Part shown: positions 57,300 through 64,000 of the stretch, in pieces
How the letters are laid out: each line of letters begins with the position of its first letter
Numbering within the stretch: the first letter of the stretch is position 1
Assembly (NCBI GenBank): GCA_963813335.1
Contig: CAWEYL010000001.1
Span: 96,001-160,000, forward strand
Reading direction: 5' to 3'
DNA length: 64,000 nt
From: an uncultured Chloroflexia bacterium
GTDB lineage: Bacteria; Chloroflexota; Limnocylindria; Limnocylindrales; CSP1-4
Made by a program: the position numbers and the translations under genes
Notes under the pieces: model-generated
What the model saw: the letters and a program-made list of their open reading frames with translations, nothing else
Told to the model about the DNA's origin: nothing
Database searches by the model: none

Positions 57300-57554
57300 G
57301 GTCCGCGATGACTCCCGGATGAGCGCGATGACGACGACGAGGATGAACGTGCTGGCGATCGGGCCAAGGGCATCCGACTGTACAGGCGCCCGCCCCCGAA
57401 TGGGACCCTTTCATGCCCGGTCCGGACGGAATGCCGGTGTCCCACGGCACCGACGCGGGCGGTCTGGTGGGGTCTGGTCGGGAGCGGTGGGCACCGCCCG
57501 TCGACGCCCGCTCCGATGGTACGCTCCGAGTCCGAGGAGGGTCGTCCAGCCCAC

Positions 57555-59879
57555 ATGACGCCACGTACCGAGGCGCCCGGCGCGCTCGTCATCCCGACCG
57601 GCACGACCGCCCCGGGTCGGGCACGCGGGCTGCCGCCTGCCCGGCGCGAGGGTCCCGAGAAGCTGACCGGCGCGGCCAGGTACGCCGACGACCTCGTGGT
57701 GCCGGGGGCCTGGTTCGGGGCCACGGTCCGCTCCACCGACCCGCACGCCCGGTTCGTCGCGCTCGAGCTCGACCCGGCGTTCGACTGGACGACCGTCGTG
57801 GTCGTCACCGCGGCCGACATCCCCGGCGACAACATCGTGAGCTCGATCAAGGCCGACCAGCCCATCCTGGTCCCGGTCGGCGGCGAGATCCAGCACCACG
57901 CCGAGCCGCTCGCGCTCATCGCCGCGCCCGACCGCGCCACCCTGCGCGCCGCGAAGGCCCACGTGCGGGTGCGCACGGAACGGCTCGAGCCGGTCTTCGA
58001 CCCGCTCGAGTCCGAGCACGTCTTCGCCCGGTACACCATCGAATCGGGCGAGGTCGACGCGGCCCTCGGCGCCGCCGACCTGGTCCTCGAGGGCGAGTAC
58101 CGGGTCGGCCACCAGGAGCAGCTCTACATCGAGAACAACGCGATGATCGCGACCCCGCGCGACGACGGCGGCGTCACGGTCACGGGCTCGCTGCAGTGCC
58201 CGTACTACGTCCACTCGGCGCTCAAGCTCGGCCTCGGCATCGACGACCGGCAGGCCCACGTCGTCCAGGCCGAGACCGGCGGCGGGTTCGGCGGCAAGGA
58301 GGAGTACCCCTCGGTCATCGGGCTCCATGCGGCGCTCCTCGCGCTGAAGGCGCACCGGCCCGTGCGCATGATCTACGACCGCCACGAGGACATCGCCGCC
58401 ACCACCAAGCGCCATCCCGCGATCGTGCGCCACCGCACGGGCGTGACCGCCGACGGCCGGATCCTCGCCCAGGACATCGAGATCGTCATGGACGGCGGGG
58501 CGTACTGCACGCTCACGCCCGTGGTCCTGAGCCGGGGCGCGATCCACGCCGGCGGCCCGTACCGCGTCCCGAACGTGCGCATCCGCGCCCGCGCGACGCG
58601 CACCAACACGCCGCCGAACGGGGCGTTCCGCGGCTTCGGGGCGCCGCAGGTCGAGTTCGCCGCCGAGACCCACCTGAACCGCCTCGCCGAGGCGCTGCGG
58701 CTGTCGCCCCTCGAGATCCGCCGCCGGAACGTCTACCGCCCCGGCGACACCACCCCGACCGGCCAGGTCCTGCGCGACAGCGTCGCCGGCGAGGAGGTCC
58801 TGGAGCGTGCCGCCGAGGCGAGCGAGTTCGAGCGGCTCCGGACGCGGACCGACCGCGACCGCGGCCAGCGGGCCGGCTCCGGGACGATCCCCAATTCACC
58901 GCTGCGGACGAGTCGGGCGAGGGTCGCCAGCGGGATCGGCCTTGCGCTCGCCTGGCACGGCGCCGGGTTCACCGGGTCGGGCGAGGTCAAGCTGGCCTCG
59001 GTGGTGTCGCTGGAGCTGACGGCGGCCGGCGAGATCCGCATCCTGACCGCCTCGACCGAGATGGGGCAGGGGACCAAGACGATCTTCCCGCAGCTCGCCG
59101 CGGAGGCCCTCGGGATCCCGTCCGACGATGTCGTCATCGCGCCCCAGGACACCGCCTCCGTCCCCGACAGCGGCCCGACCGTCGCGTCGCGCACCGCGAT
59201 GGTCGTCGGCGGGATGCTGATCAAGGCCGCGCGCCGGCTGCGCGCCGAGGTGGAGGCCGCGACCGGCGGGTCGTTCGCGGAGACGTACCGCGCCCACGCG
59301 ACGGCCCACGGCGCGATCCGGGTCGACGAGCGCTTCGAGCCGTACCCCGGCGTCGCCTTCGACGACGAGACCTATCGCGGCGACGCCTACCCGGCCTTCG
59401 GCTGGGCGGCGTGCGTGGCCCGGGTCGACGTCGACCTCGACACGGGCGAGGTCCACGTCCGCGACGTCGTGGCCGCCGACGACATCGGCCGGGTCATCCA
59501 TCCGGTCCTCGCCGAGGGCCAGGTGGAGGGCGGCACGCTGCAGGCGGTCGGCTACGCCACGATCGAGGAGATCAAGCTGCGCGACGGCCGCTACCTCAAC
59601 GACCGGCTGGCGACCTACATCATCCCGACCGCGCTCGACGCCCCGCGCATCTCGACGATCCTCGTCGAGGCGCCGTTCGCCGGGGTGCCCCACGGTGCCA
59701 AGGGGGTCGGCGAGCTGCCGATGGACGTGGGGGCGCCCGCGGTCGTCGCCGCCATCGCCGACGCGACCGGCGCCTGGATCGCCGACCTGCCGGCCAGCCC
59801 GGAGCGGATCCTCGCCGCGGTCCTCGGCCGGCCCGCGATCTCGCCGCTCCCGCCGGGCGCCTCCGAGCCCGCCCGATGA
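57555..59879 (+). CDS. pucD: Xanthine dehydrogenase-family molybdopterin-binding subunit
   Basis: KLTGAARYADD, QEQLYIE, GGGFGGK, AFRGFGAPQ, EMGQG, TVASR, GQVEGG and AKGVGE. GAGGAGG RBS. Purine-degradation context. Confidence 0.9.
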   Translation: MTPRTEAPGALVIPTGTTAPGRARGLPPARREGPEKLTGAARYADDLVVPGAWFGATVRSTDPHARFVALELDPAFDWTTVVVVTAADIPGDNIVSSIKADQPILVPVGGEIQHHAEPLALIAAPDRATLRAAKAHVRVRTERLEPVFDPLESEHVFARYTIESGEVDAALGAADLVLEGEYRVGHQEQLYIENNAMIATPRDDGGVTVTGSLQCPYYVHSALKLGLGIDDRQAHVVQAETGGGFGGKEEYPSVIGLHAALLALKAHRPVRMIYDRHEDIAATTKRHPAIVRHRTGVTADGRILAQDIEIVMDGGAYCTLTPVVLSRGAIHAGGPYRVPNVRIRARATRTNTPPNGAFRGFGAPQVEFAAETHLNRLAEALRLSPLEIRRRNVYRPGDTTPTGQVLRDSVAGEEVLERAAEASEFERLRTRTDRDRGQRAGSGTIPNSPLRTSRARVASGIGLALAWHGAGFTGSGEVKLASVVSLELTAAGEIRILTASTEMGQGTKTIFPQLAAEALGIPSDDVVIAPQDTASVPDSGPTVASRTAMVVGGMLIKAARRLRAEVEAATGGSFAETYRAHATAHGAIRVDERFEPYPGVAFDDETYRGDAYPAFGWAACVARVDVDLDTGEVHVRDVVAADDIGRVIHPVLAEGQVEGGTLQAVGYATIEEIKLRDGRYLNDRLATYIIPTALDAPRISTILVEAPFAGVPHGAKGVGELPMDVGAPAVVAAIADATGAWIADLPASPERILAAVLGRPAISPLPPGASEPAR

Positions 59880-60361
59880 CCGCCTACCGGTTCACGGTCA
59901 ACGCGACGCCGCTCGAGGTGGACGTGCCGGGGATGCGCCGCCTGCTCGACGTCCTGCGCGAGGAGCTCGCGCTGACCGGCACCAAGGAGGGTTGCGGCGA
60001 GGGGGAGTGCGGCGCGTGCACGGTGCTGCTCGACGGCGCCCCGGTCGATTCGTGCCTCGTGCCCGTCTGCCAGGTCGACGGCGCCGACGTCCGGACCGTG
60101 GAGGGCCTCGCCGGCGCCGCGCTCACCGCCGGCGGCCCGCCCGTCCTCGACGACCTGCAGGCCGCGTTCCTGCGCGCCGGCGGCGCCCAGTGCGGGATCT
60201 GCACGCCCGGGATGCTCATGGCCGCGCGGGCCTACCTCGATTCCGGCGGCGGCCCCGACGAGGACGCCATCCGCGAGGCGATCGCCGGCAACCTCTGCCG
60301 CTGCACCGGCTACACCAAGATCGTCGAGGCCATCGCCATCGCCGCCGGCGGCCGGGGGTAG
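59876..60361 (+). CDS. pucE: Xanthine dehydrogenase-family 2x[2Fe-2S] subunit
   Basis: GTKEGCGEGECGACTV...SC, QCGICTPG and GNLCRCTGY. Confidence 0.93.
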   Translation: MTAYRFTVNATPLEVDVPGMRRLLDVLREELALTGTKEGCGEGECGACTVLLDGAPVDSCLVPVCQVDGADVRTVEGLAGAALTAGGPPVLDDLQAAFLRAGGAQCGICTPGMLMAARAYLDSGGGPDEDAIREAIAGNLCRCTGYTKIVEAIAIAAGGRG

Positions 60362-60367
60362 GGAGCG

Positions 60368-61225
60368 GTGCCGGTCGAGCCGCCCGTCGTCAGCCCGCGC
60401 AGCCTCGCCGAGGCGTTCGAGGCGATGGCCGACGGACGGACCCGGCCGATCGCCGGCGGCACGGACCTGATGGTCGCGCTGACCGGGGAGCTCGGCGAGC
60501 CGCCGGAGCGCGTCGTCGACCTGTGGGGCCTCGACGAGCTGCGCGGGATCGCGGTCGGCGGCGACGGGATCGTGCTCGGCGCCCTCACCACCTACACCGA
60601 GATCCGCCGCTCGGCGCTCTGCCGCGAGCATCTCCCCGGGCTGGTCGAGGCGGCCGCGACGATCGGGGCGGCCCAGATCCAGAACCGCGGGACGCTCGGC
60701 GGCAACATCGCCAACGCGTCGCCCGCGGGCGACACGCTGCCCGTCCTGCTCGCGCTCGATGCGTCGTTCGCGCTCGTGAGCGCCCGCGGGGAGCGCCTCG
60801 TGCCCGCCGCCGAGTTCTGGACCGGGTACCGCCAGACCGCGCTCGCCCCGGACGAGCTGGTCGCGCGGATCCACCTCCCGTTCGCCCCCGGGCGCGAGGT
60901 CCGCTTTCGCAAGGTCGGCACCCGCCGCGCGCAGGCCATCAGCAAGGTCGTGATCGCCGTCGCGTGGCGGAACGGCTCGAGCACGCACGCGTGGCGCGAG
61001 GTCCGGGTGGCCCTCGGGTCCGTGGCCGCGACGCCGATCCGCGCGGCGGCCACGGAGGCGGTGCTCGACGGCCGGGCGCCCAACCCGGAGACGGCCGACC
61101 TCGCCGCCGAGACGCTCGCCGGCGAGCTGCACCCCATCGACGACGTCCGCTCGACCGCCGAGTACCGCCGCGTGGTGGCCGCCCGCGTCCTGCACCGGAT
61201 CGTCCGCGAGGCGGGCGGCTGGTGA
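60368..61225 (+). CDS. pucC: Xanthine dehydrogenase-family FAD-binding subunit
   Basis: IAGGTDL, QIQNRGTLGGNIANASPAGD and PIDDVRSTAEYR. Confidence 0.92.
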   Translation: MPVEPPVVSPRSLAEAFEAMADGRTRPIAGGTDLMVALTGELGEPPERVVDLWGLDELRGIAVGGDGIVLGALTTYTEIRRSALCREHLPGLVEAAATIGAAQIQNRGTLGGNIANASPAGDTLPVLLALDASFALVSARGERLVPAAEFWTGYRQTALAPDELVARIHLPFAPGREVRFRKVGTRRAQAISKVVIAVAWRNGSSTHAWREVRVALGSVAATPIRAAATEAVLDGRAPNPETADLAAETLAGELHPIDDVRSTAEYRRVVAARVLHRIVREAGGW

Positions 61226-61241
61226 GCGCCCCGGAGCGGCC

Positions 61242-61802
61242 GTGAGCCCATCGGCGCCCCCGTCGATCGACGTGCTCGACGTCCTGTCGCCGGGCATCTT
61301 CGCGGCGGCCGTCGCCCCGCTCTTCGAGGGCGCGCCGCGGTTCCTCGGGCGGCTGGCGATGGCCCGCCCGTTCGGCACCCTCGACGAGTTCTACGCCGGC
61401 GCCCGGCGGATCGCCCACGCGATGCCCGTGGCCGAGCAGCTCGAGCTGATCGATGCCCATCCGCGGCTCGGGGCGCCGCCCGCCAGCATGTCCGCGCTGT
61501 CGTTCGTCGAGCAGGGCCATGCCCCCGAGGTCGCCGCCGCCGAGGCGCACGCCGCCGAGCTGGACCGCGGCCGGGTCGCCGCCGAGCTGGACGCGCTCAA
61601 CCAGGCCTACGAGGAGCGGTTCGGCTTCCGCTACTGCGTCTTCGTGGCGGGTCGCCCGCGCGACGAGCTGCTGCCGGGCTTCCGGGCGGCCCTCGGGGCC
61701 GACCGCGACGCCGAGATCCGGCGGGCCGTCGACGCGGTCATCGACATCGCGCGCGACCGGCATGCCAGACTGACCGCGGGGACAGGGGAGGCCGGCCGGT
61801 GA
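61242..61802 (+). CDS. uraD: OHCU decarboxylase
   Basis: LELIDAHPRLG, SFVEQ, LNQAYEERFGFRYCVFVAGR and IARDR. Confidence 0.9.
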   Translation: MSPSAPPSIDVLDVLSPGIFAAAVAPLFEGAPRFLGRLAMARPFGTLDEFYAGARRIAHAMPVAEQLELIDAHPRLGAPPASMSALSFVEQGHAPEVAAAEAHAAELDRGRVAAELDALNQAYEERFGFRYCVFVAGRPRDELLPGFRAALGADRDAEIRRAVDAVIDIARDRHARLTAGTGEAGR

Positions 61803-62644
61803 TCGAACTCGGTGCCAATCGATACGGCAAGGCGGCGATCCGTCTGGTGCGCGTGCTGCGCGACCCGGGCGGCGACCGCGTCCGTGACCTGACGGTCGCG
61901 ATCGCGCTCGAGGGTGACTTCACGGCCGCGCACACCGACGGCGACAACGCGAACGTCGTCGCCACGGACACGATGAAGAACACGGCCTACGCGTTCGCCC
62001 AAGGGCACCTCGGCGGGGCCATCGAGGCCTACGGGGTGGCGCTCGCGGAGCACTTCCTCGAGTTCCCGCAGGTGGATCGCGCCACCGTGAACCTGCGCGG
62101 GCACCACTGGCGCCACCTCGAGGTGGACGGCAAGCCCGCGCCGGACGCGCTGATCCGCGGCGGCGAGGGGACCCGCGTCGCCACCGTCACCGCGACCCGC
62201 GGCGCCACCATCGTGGAGGCCGGGGTCGAGGACCTCGTCGTGATGAAGACGACCCGCTCGAGCTTCACCGGCTTCCCGCGCGACCGCTACACCACGCTGC
62301 CCGAGGCCGAGGACCGGCTGATGGCGACCAGGATCGCCGCGGTCTGGCGCTACGGCTCGCCGTCGGTCGACTTCGACGAGACGTTCGAGGCGGTCCGGAC
62401 GACGCTGCTCGAGGTCTTCGCCGAGCACGACAGCCCGTCGGTCCAGACCTCGGTGTGGATCATGGGCAAGGCCATCCTCGAGCGGCACGACGAGGTCGAC
62501 GAGGTGCGCATGGTGCTGCCGAACCTCCACCACTGGCGGGTCGACACCACGCCGTTCGGGGTCGACGACGACGGCGGGACCTACGTCGCGACGACCGAGC
62601 CGCACGGGCTCATCGAGGCGACCGTCCGCCGCGGGGACGGATGA
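61799..62644 (+). CDS. pucL: Factor-independent urate oxidase (uricase)
   Basis: NRYGKA, VVATDTMKNT, VMKTT.S.FTGF..D.YTTLPE..DR, SPSVQ, PNLH and PHGLI. Confidence 0.95.
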   Translation: MIELGANRYGKAAIRLVRVLRDPGGDRVRDLTVAIALEGDFTAAHTDGDNANVVATDTMKNTAYAFAQGHLGGAIEAYGVALAEHFLEFPQVDRATVNLRGHHWRHLEVDGKPAPDALIRGGEGTRVATVTATRGATIVEAGVEDLVVMKTTRSSFTGFPRDRYTTLPEAEDRLMATRIAAVWRYGSPSVDFDETFEAVRTTLLEVFAEHDSPSVQTSVWIMGKAILERHDEVDEVRMVLPNLHHWRVDTTPFGVDDDGGTYVATTEPHGLIEATVRRGDG

Positions 62645-64000
62645 CCGTCCCCGACGGCGTCGAGCTGCGCGGACCGGTCGTCCCGGGCCACGACCGGATC
62701 CTGACCGAGGCGTCGCTCGCGTTCGTCGCCGACCTGCAGCGCCGGTTCGGGCCGGTCCGCCTCGAGCTGCTGCGGCGGCGCGCGGAGCGGCAGGCCGAGA
62801 TCGACGCCGGGGTGCGGCCCGACTTCCTCGTCGCCACCCGCGATGTCCGCGAGTCCGAGTGGACGGTCGCGCCGGCCCCGGCCGACCTCGTCGACCGGCG
62901 CGTCGAGATCACCGGTCCGGCCGAGCCCAAGATGATGATCAACGCCCTCAACTCCGGGGCGCGCGTGTTCATGGCCGACCTCGAGGACGCCCTCTCGCCG
63001 ACCTGGGCCAACGTGATCGCCGGCCAGGCCGCGATCGCGGACGCGACCCGGGGCACGCTGACCTTCGACGCGCCCGACGGCAAGGCGTACCGGCTGGACG
63101 AGGCGACGGGCGACGCTCGTCGTCCGGCCCCGGGGCTGGCACCTCGTCGAGTCGCACGTGCTGGTGGACGGCACGCCGGTCTCGGCCTCGCTGTTCGACG
63201 TCGGGATGTACCTGTTCCACTCCGGGGCGGCGGCGATCGAGGCGGGGAGCGGCCCGTACCTGTACCTCGCCAAGCTCGAGTCGCACCACGAGGCGCGCCT
63301 CTGGAACGACGTCTTCGTCCATGCCCAGGCGGCGCTCGGGATCCCGCGCGGGACCATCCGGGCGACCGTGCTGATCGAGACGATCCTCGCCGCGTTCGAG
63401 ATGGACGAGATCCTCTCCGAGCTGCGCGAGCACGCCGCGGGCCTCAACGCCGGTCGCTGGGACTACCTGTTCAGCGCGATCAAGAAGTTCCGGACCGACC
63501 CGCGGATGGCGACCCCCGACCGCGCCCAGCTGACGATGACGGTGCCGTTCATGCGGGCGTATACCGAGCTCCTCGTCCAGACCTGCCATCGACGCGGGGC
63601 GCACGCGATCGGCGGGATGGCGGCGTTCATCCCGAACCGGCGCGACCCCGAGGTGACCGAGCGGGCGCTGGCCCGCGTCCGCGACGACAAGGTCCGCGAG
63701 AGCGGCGACGGCTTCGACGGGACGTGGGTCGCCCACCCGGACCTCGTGCCGGTCGCGCTGGAGGTCTTCGACGGCGTCCTCGGCGACCGCCCGAACCAGA
63801 AGGAGCGGACCCGCGACGAGGTGGCCGTCACGGCCGCGGAGCTGCTGGACTTCCGCGTCGACGGCGGCACGGTCACCGTCGCCGGCGTGCGCGCGAACAT
63901 CCGCGTGGCGCTCGCGTACCTCGATTCGTGGCTGCGCGGCGTCGGCGCGGCCGCCATCGACAACCTGATGGAGGACGCGGCGACCGCCGAGATCAGCCGC
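62641..64000 (+). CDS. aceB: Malate synthase A (truncated by window end); apparent +1 frameshift near 63108
   Basis: [20 protein letters not shown] and MADLED. In the +1 frame: [49 protein letters not shown] and [12 protein letters not shown]. Confidence 0.93.
   Translation, partial: MTVPDGVELRGPVVPGHDRILTEASLAFVADLQRRFGPVRLELLRRRAERQAEIDAGVRPDFLVATRDVRESEWTVAPAPADLVDRRVEITGPAEPKMMINALNSGARVFMADLEDALSPTWANVIAGQAAIADATRGTLTFDAPDGKAYRLDEATGDARRPAPGLAPRRVARAGGRHAGLGLAVRRRDVPVPLRGGGDRGGERPVPVPRQARVAPRGAPLERRLRPCPGGARDPARDHPGDRADRDDPRRVRDGRDPLRAARARRGPQRRSLGLPVQRDQEVPDRPADGDPRPRPADDDGAVHAGVYRAPRPDLPSTRGARDRRDGGVHPEPARPRGDRAGAGPRPRRQGPRERRRLRRDVGRPPGPRAGRAGGLRRRPRRPPEPEGADPRRGGRHGRGAAGLPRRRRHGHRRRRAREHPRGARVPRFVAARRRRGRHRQPDGGRGDRRDQP

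Overview
This is high-GC bacterial chromosomal DNA, Actinomycetota- or Chloroflexota-like in gene content and promoter style (taxonomy is inference). It is densely coding and mostly catabolic. From left to right: (1) nested inverted repeats and a 5.5x 33-bp tandem amplification of the 3' end of a LacI gene; (2) a Streptomyces bxl-like xylo/arabino-oligosaccharide locus (LacI, sugar ABC, GH3, GH51) with visible operators; (3) an aromatic catabolic cluster (IclR, pcaH-pobA facing pcaG-B-D-C, Liv-type ABC, aryl-alcohol and aldehyde dehydrogenases), in which pcaH and pcaG are split onto opposite strands but share one operator motif; (4) an alpha-hydroxy-acid oxidase and a heterodimeric ABC exporter; (5) dsbA-VKOR, a cupredoxin-fused lipoprotein NirK with an IscR-type operator, and a 3-Cys Rrf2 gene that runs into a tRNA-His; (6) a PLP decarboxylase, CAP protein, FtsX-type ABC, bioY, MpaB-like protein, M1-like peptidase and FAD oxidase; (7) a translationally coupled SorC regulator-FGGY kinase-NMT1/RibXY-type ABC-FAD oxidoreductase operon behind a nested inverted-repeat element, the best candidate for an uncharacterised pathway; (8) a small CxC/His protein, guanine deaminase, serine hydrolase, D-aminoacylase, TetR-MFS and a degenerate GGDEF protein; (9) a purine-degradation operon (xanthine dehydrogenase, UraD, uricase, malate synthase) that runs off the window end. 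About ten frameshifts are all resolved by removing extra bases, which points to long-read assembly error rather than true pseudogenes. I found no CRISPR array, integrase or transposase. All product calls come from motif recognition by eye, with no database search.
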